This document shows, one piece after another, positions 9,759 through 19,919 of a stretch of 64,000 nucleotides of DNA. The stretch is from the IMG/VR virus record IMGVR_UViG_3300044711_000026, positions 4,999 through 68,998 of that record, one strand, 5' to 3'. The first letter of the stretch is position 1; each line of letters starts with the position of its first letter. The notes below the pieces were generated by a model. The model worked only from the letters and a program-made list of their open reading frames with translations, did no database searches and had not been told where the DNA came from. Source of the DNA: a virus (Duplodnaviria; Caudoviricetes). Position numbers and translations under genes: made by a program.

Positions 9759-12568
9759 GGCTCAACTCCAAATCTGGCGATGAACTTCTCTTTGACCTCG
9801 GGGTGAGTGCGTGCGTAGTCGATATCTGCCTGTGTCGGCTTGGGCTTTTCGGTCTTCTCCGGACTAACCTCTCCCGGCTGAACCTGGCCGTTTTCAGGGA
9901 TGATCGTCTTGCCTTCCTTGATCGCGTCACGCTCGCGGGTAACCTGCTTCTGCAACTGCATGACGGCTTTCTTGTACGTTCCCTTGGAAAAGGCCGTGTC
10001 CAGATAGTGCAGGGCAAGGTCGCGGTCGCTCTCGCGCATGACGCCCATTGGGTTCATGGCTCGGGCCCAGTGCTCGGCGAGCTGCAGGTTGGCCATACCG
10101 AAGGTCACGAGGTTTGGATCGTTGGTCATGACTTGACCATGCTGAATAATGCGATCAAGCGGGACATACCCCGTTGCACGCTGGACCTTCTCCGATTCCT
10201 CAAGTGCCGCTGGTACTGCCGCCGCCGTTGCCTTCAGGATCATGTTGAGGTTTTCCTCACGGGTCGACCGGGTACGGGCCGCAGCGTTCTTTGAAATGCC
10301 GCTTGCAGAGAATTCCTGTTTCCGTGTCGCCATGTCCTGATCCGACACGTTTTTGTCGTTCATCTCCCTCGTGATGGCGCTTTGCACCAAGGCCTTGTTT
10401 TCCGGGTTGAACCCGAGGCTACGAACCCGTGAATCATCTCCCGTCGCGACTGTGTAGCGCGCGATTGCTGTAGCGTCCTCCGGACTCAGGGTTGCCGTTC
10501 TCGCGCCCTTTGGCTGGATCTTTGCATCTTGCGCCGGAGGTTGCCCGGTAATGGCGTCAATGACCTTGCCTGACCCTTGCTCCATGACAAGGGGGTGGAG
10601 CGAATCACCAACCATGACACTACCGGCAGGCGTATACTTCTCCCGTTCAAGATTGGCTTTTTCTGCGGCGGTCATCTGCGTATACGGCCGCTCGGCCCTA
10701 GCTTCGGCCGCCTTCTGCGCCATCGTCATTTGGCTATACGGCTGCTGGAAGTGTGCTTCCTCCATGGCCATCTTGGCCTGCTCAAGATCGTGCTTCTGCT
10801 GCTGCTCGATCGACTTGGAATAGGCACCCACACCAGCCATGCCAGCCTCACCGAGGCCGCCAAGGAACGACCCCGGACCACCACGGGTCGTCGCCATCAT
10901 GGCAAGTCCAGCCTGCATCAGACCTTGCCGGAGTTCAGGCGTCATCTTGATGCCAAGGGAACTGAGGATGCCTCCCTGCTGCTCGGGTGCTGGGATGTCC
11001 TGCGAACGCCCTACGCCGGCCTTCAGGTTTGGAGCGCCGGCATAGCCCAGCGCCTCGGTATCCTCGCCAGAACCAGCCGGAGGAGCAGCGGAGGCCGTCA
11101 TACGCCTTGACGAAACCCCGGCGGTGACCTCCGGCGGCAATGGCTCGTCAGGCACAGCAGCCATTTGTGGTGCTGGCAATCCAGCATCGCTTGCCGCGGC
11201 ACTGATCTTCTTTCCGTTGTCGCGATCGACACGGCCTCGCCAGTCCTCCATGTCCTCCGGAGGCGTTAGCCGGAACGGGCCGCCGCCATCGTCATAGGTC
11301 GGGCCCGGCTCATAGGCTGGCTTGGATGCTCCTACGCCAGCTGCCATGTTCGGAAAGGCATCGTTAAAACGGTCGGCGAAGTCAGGCATGCCGCCTTCGG
11401 CAAAGCCCCTGATCGTGCCGCCGCTATGATAGCCGGGTCCGTAATCGTCCTTGGTAAGACCCTCAGCAGGGGAGTACGAACTGCCGCCGTAAGCATCCGT
11501 CAGGAAATTCCCACCGCCGTAGCTGGCGCTGTCGAAAAGGCCAACGCCGGCTTTCCCCAAGGTGCCAATGCCCTTCATCTGGTCCTGCGACAGTCCGGCC
11601 TGCTTCGGGGCTTGCGGAGCGGACGGCATAGTGGCGTGCAGTGCGTTGGCGTGCGGCTCCATGACCGGAACCCACGTCTGGGAATTGCCGTAGGGACTGC
11701 CGCCGGCCGCAAAGCCTGCCCGCTTCTCTGTGACCGCGCCGCCATCCTTGATAAACATCGAAGCTGCGGTGAGCCCGAGCCCAGCCGCTTGCGTCCATGG
11801 ATTCGGCGTCGGCCCCTGCGTCGTGGCCTGCCCCGTTGTGGTCGATCCCATAGATCCACCCACCGCGGTATCGATCCCGGCCAGCCACTGCGCCACCTGG
11901 AACGGGTAGCCTTGGGCCTGATAGTAGTCCTGACGCTTCTGGGTGTCCTGAGCCTGCTGGGTCTGCTGCTGAAGCGTACCGGCTCCGACCTGTGCCTGAG
12001 CGCCCTGCATCGCAGCCTGCTGGGCTGAAACTCCAGCCCGCATGCGCTGCTGCTGCTGGTTCTCCGCAGTGTTGACGGCCTGCTGATAACCTTGGCTTCG
12101 CAGTCCAGCAATCACAGGGGCCTGTACCCGCGCCTGACCCTCGGCGGTCAAAGCCTGGGCGACTCCAACACGGTCGCCGCCGAGCGCCCCTTGTGCTGCG
12201 GCATTTCCGGTTACGGTCGAGTTGGCCCGCTGGTTCTGAACGTCAAAATCCGCCTGCGTGGCGTTGATGACCTGACTGGTGTAGGGGTCCTGATAGCGCT
12301 GGATATCGGCCGCGCTGATAGGGTTTCCGGAGGCGTCGATCTGACCGATAAACTGCGAATTTGGCCCCGCAATCTGGTTGATGTTGCCGATACCAGCCTG
12401 CTGCTGTTCATTGATCGGAGCGGTTTCCTCGCCCTGATATCCTTGATACGGGGTCGACGCCACGCCAGAGGCACGGTTGAGCAACGCCAGATACGCCTGA
12501 TAGGCGTTGGAATCCGGAGAGGTAGAGCCGGACTGCTGTGTGGTCGTGGTGTTGCTTCCTTTACCCAA
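9755..12568 (-). CDS. internal virion/DNA-ejection (pilot-type) protein
   Basis: GGAGG SD then TTG giving MGKGSNTTTT; Gln/Ala-rich N-terminal half, amphipathic Gly-rich helices; follows the GNAT gene. Confidence 0.75.
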   Translation of the reverse strand: MGKGSNTTTTQQSGSTSPDSNAYQAYLALLNRASGVASTPYQGYQGEETAPINEQQQAGIGNINQIAGPNSQFIGQIDASGNPISAADIQRYQDPYTSQVINATQADFDVQNQRANSTVTGNAAAQGALGGDRVGVAQALTAEGQARVQAPVIAGLRSQGYQQAVNTAENQQQQRMRAGVSAQQAAMQGAQAQVGAGTLQQQTQQAQDTQKRQDYYQAQGYPFQVAQWLAGIDTAVGGSMGSTTTGQATTQGPTPNPWTQAAGLGLTAASMFIKDGGAVTEKRAGFAAGGSPYGNSQTWVPVMEPHANALHATMPSAPQAPKQAGLSQDQMKGIGTLGKAGVGLFDSASYGGGNFLTDAYGGSSYSPAEGLTKDDYGPGYHSGGTIRGFAEGGMPDFADRFNDAFPNMAAGVGASKPAYEPGPTYDDGGGPFRLTPPEDMEDWRGRVDRDNGKKISAAASDAGLPAPQMAAVPDEPLPPEVTAGVSSRRMTASAAPPAGSGEDTEALGYAGAPNLKAGVGRSQDIPAPEQQGGILSSLGIKMTPELRQGLMQAGLAMMATTRGGPGSFLGGLGEAGMAGVGAYSKSIEQQQKHDLEQAKMAMEEAHFQQPYSQMTMAQKAAEARAERPYTQMTAAEKANLEREKYTPAGSVMVGDSLHPLVMEQGSGKVIDAITGQPPAQDAKIQPKGARTATLSPEDATAIARYTVATGDDSRVRSLGFNPENKALVQSAITREMNDKNVSDQDMATRKQEFSASGISKNAAARTRSTREENLNMILKATAAAVPAALEESEKVQRATGYVPLDRIIQHGQVMTNDPNLVTFGMANLQLAEHWARAMNPMGVMRESDRDLALHYLDTAFSKGTYKKAVMQLQKQVTRERDAIKEGKTIIPENGQVQPGEVSPEKTEKPKPTQADIDYARTHPEVKEKFIARFGVEP

Positions 12569-12569
12569 G

Positions 12570-13124
12570 TTATCCTCCAACAGACTTCAGGTGACGTGGC
12601 TCTCGCCCCGATTTGCCACGCCTCGGAAACGGCTCGCGCCAGAAATCCTCGTTTGGTTCCTCGTTCTGCCATTTAGAGTTAAAAACAAACCAAGCTCCGG
12701 CCGGGACACCAAGCGACCGTCGATAAAGCCTGACTTTTCCCTCCATCCGGTAGTTGGTCAGCACTCCGATCGTGAGTGGGATGCCGATCTCCATGGAACA
12801 CGTCTTGGCGAAGTTGATCAACTGAGTGGCATAGTTCTGAGGAGCTTTTCGCACATCCGGGCGGACGAAGTTGAATAATTCTTCAAGGTGATTGGCGCGC
12901 GAATACCACATGCGACTTATCAGGAGGTAAATCATCGCCCTAATGTCGCCCGGTTCCCCAATTACCCCAAGGATGCCGCCCTGACGGTTGAACGCAAGGT
13001 GAAAGGTCTTCTTGGCCTCGATCTCGTCCAGAGGCATCACACCACCTTCGGCATGCATAACCGTCAAGAGTTGCATGATTTCGTCTTCATCGGCGATCGA
13101 GGCAATTCGGACTTTCTCAGTCAT
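12570..13124 (-). CDS. GNAT-fold acetyltransferase (T7 gp13-like position)
   Basis: RMWYSRANHLEELFNFVRPDVRK; located before the ejection proteins. Confidence 0.75.
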   Translation of the reverse strand: MTEKVRIASIADEDEIMQLLTVMHAEGGVMPLDEIEAKKTFHLAFNRQGGILGVIGEPGDIRAMIYLLISRMWYSRANHLEELFNFVRPDVRKAPQNYATQLINFAKTCSMEIGIPLTIGVLTNYRMEGKVRLYRRSLGVPAGAWFVFNSKWQNEEPNEDFWREPFPRRGKSGREPRHLKSVGG

Positions 13125-13126
13125 GC

Positions 13127-15031
13127 TTAGTCCTGTGCTGGAGGCGACAACTTCTGAAGCGTCTTAACATGATTACGGCGATTTTGGACAATCCAGTTAT
13201 CCAACAATCGGTGGCCCAAGCTCACATCACCGCCGCCAATAATCCGTACTTCTTCGGGGGAAAGGACATGCTCGCCGCCCGCCGTGATGACAGGGACGGG
13301 ATGGCCGGTCTCCTGTTCGTCACTGGCCACGCCGCCAATCGCTCGTTTCAAGCGATGCTTGCGGGCGATCTCGCTGGCACCGTGCACAGACATGACCATT
13401 TTTCGGATGCCGTGTGGACCAAGTTGCTTGAGATTCTTCATGCCGGCTAGCGTGTTGTTCTCGCCAAGGTGTGACACCGTTTCCGAAGGAATGACGTATG
13501 AACCCGCCGCGACGTCCATGGGATGCTTGTCAGTGCGCCCGGGCACGTCGGAGATGATAGGTCCCTCAAACACGCCGCCGCCGTCTGCACGGGCTTGGCG
13601 CTTAGCCTCGTAGGCGATATTGAGGGCCTTGTTCACTGGTCCACCTTTTGCTCTGTTCTTTTTGTTGGAGCCCACCCAATGGGGTGCGGGCACCACTTCG
13701 ATCTGCCGGCCCGGCGTCAAATCCGGATTGACGTGCAACGGAATGCGCCCCGCCTGCAAGGTGTCCGGGTTATTGCGCAGATACGGCGCATCGCGCGCTT
13801 CTGACTCGCCGTGCAGATGCAGATACCTTGCATAAGATTCGTCTTTGGCTTTTTGAAGCTGCTGCGCGTACTGATGAATTTGCTTGAGCTGATCCAATAG
13901 CCCCTTGTCTTTCATCGTATTGAACATCGAAAGCTGCTCGGCATTCATCGCTTCAGGCCGCATCGTTGCTACCATGCGTGCACTGAAAGGATTCCATCCG
14001 GTTTCCTGCTGCACCTTTGCATCAAACGATTTTTTCGCTTCTTCTAAATGAGGCTCCGCGCGTTTGATATTTTCCGGAACAAACTGCTCGTGCCCCCCAC
14101 CCCAGCCGAAACCCTCCCGATGTTGAATTGCGTGAACCGCCTCGTGATGCAATACGTCCTGCAACTGTGCTGGCGTAGAAACTGCTCGTACATGTATGCT
14201 TTTATTGACGGGATCGTAGAAGCCTCCCGCGTTGCTTTCCTTCACTGGTACGTCTTTCAGCCACGGATACGCATCGTATAATCTCGGATGATCCCAGAGA
14301 TCGCCCAATCTTACTGCGTCGTATTTCTGCGGCCCTTCACGCCATGACATGGAAGGCATCCCAACCATGCCATCCGGGAGCTGTTGCACCTTATCTGTGA
14401 GTTTCGCATCTTTATCTTGCAACCAGTATCTCGGTTTTTCATCCCCTCCCCGATACCAACCGGTCACGGAGTAGTTCATTTCCGGAGAGGTACCTTTGTT
14501 TTCAAGGCGTTCGAACTGTGCCAGTTTTTTAAGATGTGAACCTTTCGATGAAATGCCAATTCCCGTGCGCAAGGCGTTAGCTTCAACCGGCGCAAGGCCC
14601 GCACCACCAACCATGGTCAATGCAGTTTCGAGAGTTGGGGCGATTGCCTCATCCGGCATCTCACCGCTTCCCGGTCGGTATTGGCCCGCTCCCTCAATCG
14701 CCCGCTTTGGAAGTGTTGCGAGGCCCTCCAAAACGTGCCCGGGGTATTTTAGAACGGCGCCAAGCACTTTTTGTGGATCACCAGCCGTGGCTCTCTGGAG
14801 GGACTCTCTAACAGATCGTGGGTCAAAAGTGCCCTGCTGAACATCAGCTTCAGGCGCTGTGTCGATCACTGGGGCCTCATCCACCTCAGTCAAGCCACCG
14901 CCCTCTGCCCGCTTACGCCGCTTCACCGCATACGCGATTGCAAGGGCCACTTTTTGCGGTTTTCCAGCATGGATTTCCGCCTTCAGATTCCTGACAAAAG
15001 CGCCTTTGCTGGATGACTTCTCAAGCGGCAT
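13127..15031 (-). CDS. polyvalent virion protein: basic N-peptide + LPD23-like + HExxH metallopeptidase (MPTase-like) + C-terminal GP..D..P..GxYV domain
   Basis: N-terminus MPLEKSSSKGAFVRNLKAEIHAGKPQKVALAIAY; TGWYRGGDEKPRY; LWDHPRLYDAYPWL; VLHHEAVHAIQHREGFGWGG; GESEARD; GPIISDVPGRTDKHP...GSYVIP. Confidence 0.7.
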   Translation of the reverse strand: MPLEKSSSKGAFVRNLKAEIHAGKPQKVALAIAYAVKRRKRAEGGGLTEVDEAPVIDTAPEADVQQGTFDPRSVRESLQRATAGDPQKVLGAVLKYPGHVLEGLATLPKRAIEGAGQYRPGSGEMPDEAIAPTLETALTMVGGAGLAPVEANALRTGIGISSKGSHLKKLAQFERLENKGTSPEMNYSVTGWYRGGDEKPRYWLQDKDAKLTDKVQQLPDGMVGMPSMSWREGPQKYDAVRLGDLWDHPRLYDAYPWLKDVPVKESNAGGFYDPVNKSIHVRAVSTPAQLQDVLHHEAVHAIQHREGFGWGGGHEQFVPENIKRAEPHLEEAKKSFDAKVQQETGWNPFSARMVATMRPEAMNAEQLSMFNTMKDKGLLDQLKQIHQYAQQLQKAKDESYARYLHLHGESEARDAPYLRNNPDTLQAGRIPLHVNPDLTPGRQIEVVPAPHWVGSNKKNRAKGGPVNKALNIAYEAKRQARADGGGVFEGPIISDVPGRTDKHPMDVAAGSYVIPSETVSHLGENNTLAGMKNLKQLGPHGIRKMVMSVHGASEIARKHRLKRAIGGVASDEQETGHPVPVITAGGEHVLSPEEVRIIGGGDVSLGHRLLDNWIVQNRRNHVKTLQKLSPPAQD

Positions 15032-15084
15032 AACGTCTCACCTAGGTCCCAATTTATAACATCCACACCAGACATGGTCGCCAT

Positions 15085-15486
15085 TTAGAAGAACTCGATT
15101 ACTGTAAACGGCTGGGCCGTGCCCGTTCCTGCAAACCCCGAAAATCCGCAATTGATGTTTGGATACTGAGCGGATGGGAAGGGCACGGTGCTACCACCGG
15201 CCACCATGAGCGAACCGCCCAGCGTCGACGTGGTCGGAGAGGTCGCCATCCCGGTCTGAAACACGTAGCAAGTCGCGGTACCGGGATTATGAAAGACGAT
15301 GCCGTGACGGATCGAGCTGGTGCTGACCAGAACCGTGATGGAGGCGGTTCCCAGCGTTACCGCGGTGAACTTCGGAGAGGTTGTGGTAGTCGCGGCGGGT
15401 GTCGCGTTGGAAACAGCCTGATTCCACGCCGCGAGCTGCACGGCGATGTTCTGGAGCTGGCTGATTACCTCGTCTGCGCCGGCCAT
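15085..15486 (-). CDS. Thr-rich virion structural protein
   Basis: 133 aa, TGATG-coupled to the tail hub gene. Confidence 0.65.
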   Translation of the reverse strand: MAGADEVISQLQNIAVQLAAWNQAVSNATPAATTTTSPKFTAVTLGTASITVLVSTSSIRHGIVFHNPGTATCYVFQTGMATSPTTSTLGGSLMVAGGSTVPFPSAQYPNINCGFSGFAGTGTAQPFTVIEFF

Positions 15487-17525
15487 CAGTTTCTCCCGCT
15501 CGGAGCGTAGCGATATCGCACCTTGCCTATACGCCAGAAGCTGCCTTGGTCGCTTGAGGTAACCGTGATCGACATCTGACGGCCACGGAACCGTACCGAG
15601 ATGAACTCCGTTGTCGACGTGACCACATAGGGACCGTAGCCTGTCGGGGTGTCACCGGGATAGTTGACCACGTTGAACGTCATCTGGATCTGGGCCGAAC
15701 CGGAGGCTCCATACAGCGAAAATTTGAAATCCGGTATGATGACATCGACGAACGCAAAATCCTCGCCTTCTCCAATGACAAAGTAGCCCGTCGTGAATGA
15801 TGCCGTGATCGGCTGCCCGTCCGCGTCGTTCGTGGTCTCCTGCTGGTAAATGATGCCGCTTGGCGTGGCCGCGATCGGAGGTCCCAGGATGGTCTGGTCC
15901 ATCCATGCCGAGCGCGACAACGTCCCGTAGTCCCACGGCTTGGTAGGTTCAGTGACGTTCATCTTGACGTAGGAATCGCACTCCCCACTGACCGAAGCTG
16001 ATGACGGGAATAACCAGCCCACCTCGTTATAGGGCGTGTTTGGCATGGCCCTGACGTTCTGCAGGAACGACGTATTGCTGTTCTGGAACACGAAGTCCCA
16101 TACCGTGCAGGGTATGACGCTGACCCCGTTCGAATCGTAGGCATAGAAGTTGCTCGCTCCCATCCAGTAGACTGAGCCCCTGAACTGCTGCGCGCCATGT
16201 GATGAGATCAAGCCCGCCCCGGCTCCGATCTTGTTGAAGCCGAACACCAGCGGAAAGCCTTTGTAGGTTGCGGCCCACAAGTCGAGATCGGTCCAGAACA
16301 GGTTCTGGTTTGACACCGCCATGCCACCGCGGATTTCAGATCCGATCGGAATGCGGAATGAGCCAGCCTGATTGGTCGTCGAGGTCTTGAACTGGGTATA
16401 GTCCCCCTGATCGGACCAGCGCACCAGCATTGGGTCCTGAGACTGTCCAATGTTGGCGTTCGTGGTCGATCCCCATGCGAACAGGATTTGCAGGGAATTG
16501 GAGATGAAGATGCCGCCATTGAACGGCGGTGCAGTCGGCACGATGGATGCCGTGTTGAACCCGCCAGTCGGATCGAACTGATAGATTGCCCCCCCAGACG
16601 GATTGGCGAGCGCGATCTCTCCCCAATTATCGCTGGTCCAATCGGTTGCGGTAATGGGGGTGCCCGTCTGGAACGATCCCGCAACGCCGGTCCCATATCC
16701 TCCGGCCCCATAGCCGCCCGTTCCATATCCTGCCCCGCTCGCCGAAGGACCAAGGTTGATGAAATACTGAAAGCTGGTGCTTCCATTGTTCATGAACCCC
16801 GTAGCCAGGCCAGTCGCCAGGGAATTGACGTTGATCGTGAAGTTGTTCGCATCGACAAAGATCGCCGGATAGATGCCGAAAATCGTCACCCCTGACAGTG
16901 ACGTTGTGGCCTGAAACGCCACGTTGATGAATCCGGCGCTTGAAAGGCCGTGTGCTGTAAAATTGACGCTGACGATATTGGACGTCGTCGCGGTCTGGAA
17001 CAGAGGAAGCGATCCGGCATTGTTGACCGTGGCACCAGCCGCTGTTGCAATATTGATCTTGTAGGACGTTCCTCCCAATGTCGTGACTGTGTAAAGACCG
17101 GATATCACCGCCGTCCCGATCGAAACCGGCGTATTGATCATCACGGAATCGAACGAACTCAGGTTGCTGATGTTCGGATCGGTGATCGTGACCGTGGTCG
17201 AATTTGCGATCGTGGAAAAATTCGGAGGGGTGCTGGAGTCTACCTCTTGGGGCGTGATCGAGATCAAAGACCCCGACGTGATCATGTCGAGGCTTCCGGT
17301 CGTTCCCGACAGGAGATGATGGTTACCGTTCAAGTCCTGCCATGCATGGAGATCGCGCGGCGTGCCGGCCACATTGAAGGCGTAGAATTTGGACCATCCG
17401 CCATACTTCTGGACGAGGCCTTCGCGAAAGCGAATCAACTGGCTCGACGAAATGCCAGCCTCATTCAACGTTGGTGTTTTTTCAACGTTAATCCCGGGAA
17501 TGAGTCTGACGCTTCCATGTGGCAT
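15486..17525 (-). CDS. tail hub/nozzle protein (tail tubular B, P22 gp10-like)
   Basis: 679 aa; PGIN..., IRFREGLVQKYGGW, VRWSDQGDY...TNQAGS, VFGFNKIGAGAGLIS, RFRGRQMSI. Confidence 0.8.
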   Translation of the reverse strand: MPHGSVRLIPGINVEKTPTLNEAGISSSQLIRFREGLVQKYGGWSKFYAFNVAGTPRDLHAWQDLNGNHHLLSGTTGSLDMITSGSLISITPQEVDSSTPPNFSTIANSTTVTITDPNISNLSSFDSVMINTPVSIGTAVISGLYTVTTLGGTSYKINIATAAGATVNNAGSLPLFQTATTSNIVSVNFTAHGLSSAGFINVAFQATTSLSGVTIFGIYPAIFVDANNFTINVNSLATGLATGFMNNGSTSFQYFINLGPSASGAGYGTGGYGAGGYGTGVAGSFQTGTPITATDWTSDNWGEIALANPSGGAIYQFDPTGGFNTASIVPTAPPFNGGIFISNSLQILFAWGSTTNANIGQSQDPMLVRWSDQGDYTQFKTSTTNQAGSFRIPIGSEIRGGMAVSNQNLFWTDLDLWAATYKGFPLVFGFNKIGAGAGLISSHGAQQFRGSVYWMGASNFYAYDSNGVSVIPCTVWDFVFQNSNTSFLQNVRAMPNTPYNEVGWLFPSSASVSGECDSYVKMNVTEPTKPWDYGTLSRSAWMDQTILGPPIAATPSGIIYQQETTNDADGQPITASFTTGYFVIGEGEDFAFVDVIIPDFKFSLYGASGSAQIQMTFNVVNYPGDTPTGYGPYVVTSTTEFISVRFRGRQMSITVTSSDQGSFWRIGKVRYRYAPSGRN

Positions 17526-18490
17526 CAGGTCTTCACCAACGGAAGAAAGTCAACGATAGCCGGCGGCATGTTCTGGCTAGTTCCGCTGCCTGTGCCATTG
17601 ACGCCAACCGTAATTCCGGTCACGGCAGAATTTGAATTTGTGCCACCTACCGAAGCCGCGTTAGATCCAGCAATCAGACTCGCAACTGAGCTTGGATTAT
17701 TCGTCGGGATGAAATGCACGTGCCCCGGGTCCGTCACCGTTGCCGTATGGTTATGCGATTGCATCAACTGTGATCCACCAGACGCGCCAAGCGTGCTGCC
17801 GTTGATGCCTGACAGTGACGTCACGCGGCCAGTCGCCCCAGTATCAACCGGAAGTCTGACGCGCGATAATTCGTCGGGTACGCCAAAGGTTGTAATGCCA
17901 TTCCCGCCATATGTGGACCCAAGAAGCTGCGCCAAGGCGGGATATACTGATGCGGTGTAGATTGCACCGTTTTTGATCAAGTATGGAGCGACCGTGCACG
18001 CCGTCATCCAAGGCGGTAGCGTCGTGGTGTTGGTGTGAAGGTCAAGGGCTGATCCCGGCGTCGGCATGTTGACGTAGTCCATGTCCGTTCCGTCGTAGAA
18101 CACATGGATTTTCTGACCGGGAGGCGCTCCTATCCTGTTTCCGACACCAACAGATGGTGCGAGCTGCACGAACGTTGTCCCGGTGCACTGGTTGTGCACG
18201 ATGTAATAGCCCGGCAACGTGAATTGGATCACCGCGCTTCCGGTCTGCGCGCCCGTGAACTTGATCAAGGAGTTGACGCTTTGGGAGAGCGAACCCGGCC
18301 ATATGCCCGTTGTCGCCGGAACGCTGAGCAGCAACGTTGTCGTAACGGAGAGCGTAATAGTGGTGACGCCGCCGAACAATGCGTCAACTGTCTGAAAGTT
18401 TGGGTTGAGCGCAGAGGTTCCCCAGGCTCCGCTTAAATCTCCTGTGTTGGGTACTATTAGTGTTTTCTGTGCAGTTACAGGCTCAACCAT
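17525..18490 (-). CDS. tail fibre/baseplate protein with phage tail-collar domain
   Basis: YLIKNGAIYTASVYPALAQLLGSTYGGNGITTFGVPD; SHNH...DPGHVH; NMPPAIVDFLPLVKT; start at MVEPV. Confidence 0.8.
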   Translation of the reverse strand: MVEPVTAQKTLIVPNTGDLSGAWGTSALNPNFQTVDALFGGVTTITLSVTTTLLLSVPATTGIWPGSLSQSVNSLIKFTGAQTGSAVIQFTLPGYYIVHNQCTGTTFVQLAPSVGVGNRIGAPPGQKIHVFYDGTDMDYVNMPTPGSALDLHTNTTTLPPWMTACTVAPYLIKNGAIYTASVYPALAQLLGSTYGGNGITTFGVPDELSRVRLPVDTGATGRVTSLSGINGSTLGASGGSQLMQSHNHTATVTDPGHVHFIPTNNPSSVASLIAGSNAASVGGTNSNSAVTGITVGVNGTGSGTSQNMPPAIVDFLPLVKT

Positions 18491-18546
18491 TGACTGAAAC
18501 CCCCAACCTATGCTGTAAACGGTTTGTTGGAACGGAGAAACAGCAT

Positions 18547-19224
18547 ATGAAGCTTGAATTGCAAGGCAAGAGATTCGGCCGCTTGACGGTAGTTGCCAAG
18601 ATGCCGCCTGACCCACGCTACAGAAACGCGATGTGGAACTGTCGTTGTGACTGCGGGAACTATACCATAGCCGCTGCCACAAATATCGGCAAAAGCACGC
18701 TTAGCTGCGGATGCCTTGCCAAGGAAACAGCAGCCAAGCAGATTAGAAAAAATAGCGCCACCATCAAACATGGGATGGCCGGAACTCCAGAATACCAAGC
18801 TTGGACCAAACTGAAACTTCGCTGCTACGATGCCGATAACCCGAAATATTACGCCTATGGGGCCCGTGGTATCTCTGTCTGCGACCGCTGGCGCAATAGC
18901 TTTGAGGATTTCTTCGCAGACATGGGGCCAAGACCGTCGAAAATTCATTCGATCAATCGCGTGGATAATGACGGGAATTATGAGCCTTCTAACTGCCGAT
19001 GGGACTTGCCGGGGGTTCAAAATAGAAATGCTAGGTTCAATCGCATTGTCACGATAGACGGTATCAGCCTGTGTGTAGCCGAATGGTGCGACACGCTTGG
19101 AATCCCGAGAATGAGACCCTATGACATGACGAGAGCAACAGGACGCAAGCATGATGGGCCGGCGCGGTTTGCATCCATTGACGACGCTCTTGAGCATGTT
19201 TACCGGAAAAAACATGGCCCCTAA
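18547..19224 (+). CDS. free-standing HNH homing endonuclease (antisense to the late operon)
   Basis: GKRFGRLTVV, WNCRCDCG, SCGC, YGARGISVCDRW, SIxRxDNDGNYEPSNCRW. Confidence 0.9.
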   Translation: MKLELQGKRFGRLTVVAKMPPDPRYRNAMWNCRCDCGNYTIAAATNIGKSTLSCGCLAKETAAKQIRKNSATIKHGMAGTPEYQAWTKLKLRCYDADNPKYYAYGARGISVCDRWRNSFEDFFADMGPRPSKIHSINRVDNDGNYEPSNCRWDLPGVQNRNARFNRIVTIDGISLCVAEWCDTLGIPRMRPYDMTRATGRKHDGPARFASIDDALEHVYRKKHGP

Positions 19225-19919
19225 CCTGCCTTCGGCTGCGGCGTCACGTTATGGCCGATCAAGAATTTCTTCCGGGCTTCCTCGGTCTGGGCGTCGACAA
19301 GCAAATCATCCAGATGCTGTTTCCAGCTCATCGCTGTCTTTGGATCGTCGGCCATTGAACCAAAGTTGCGCTGATAGCCGGAGGCGAATACGAGAGATGC
19401 CGCCAACAACAAGTCCGGAAAGAACGTCGAAAGGATTGACGTCGTCTGGTTGACGTAAAGCGGGGTGAAGCGCTGCGTGCCGACGACTTCCACCGTATAG
19501 GCCTGATCCGGCCACGGCCCGACGATCGCCACGTCCTGATCCATCAATGAGAAGTATACAGGGACTGTAGATCCGTTTGAACTCGGCCACAGGAAATCCA
19601 GCGTGTCGATCGAGGCTGGGATCAGAGGAACTCGCGTTCCGCTATTTGGGTCGGTCGTTCCGGCTGGCGTGATGACGTTCAACTGCTCGACAACGATATA
19701 GGTCCCATTTGAGGTTGGCATATTAAAATTGCGCGTTCCCGTCGTCAGGGTAGAACTGGGGTCTCTTACGGTCGAATCCACCAAGTCAAGTTTGCGCTGA
19801 ATAAACAGTTCAGCATCGTCCAGACAATTCGGTATCATCGCCTGAAATCCGGGGTCCGTGACCGGAACCACCATCATGTTGGCGAGGGATGTCACGTATG
19901 TTGCATAGGTAAGCGGCAT
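19221..19919 (-). CDS. tail tubular A/adaptor-type protein
   Basis: MPLTYATYV...IPNCLDDAELFIQRKLD; IVGPWPDQAYTVEV; PDLLLAASL. Confidence 0.7.
   Translation of the reverse strand: MPLTYATYVTSLANMMVVPVTDPGFQAMIPNCLDDAELFIQRKLDLVDSTVRDPSSTLTTGTRNFNMPTSNGTYIVVEQLNVITPAGTTDPNSGTRVPLIPASIDTLDFLWPSSNGSTVPVYFSLMDQDVAIVGPWPDQAYTVEVVGTQRFTPLYVNQTTSILSTFFPDLLLAASLVFASGYQRNFGSMADDPKTAMSWKQHLDDLLVDAQTEEARKKFLIGHNVTPQPKAG

Noticed and set aside
16950-17960. 336-aa + strand ORF
   Set aside because: Antisense shadow of the tail hub and tail-collar genes; no motifs; expected in GC3-biased DNA
18490-18520. Sigma70 promoter for the antisense HNH (TTGACT...TATGCT)
   Set aside because: Spacer is only 13 nt; not supportable without TSS data
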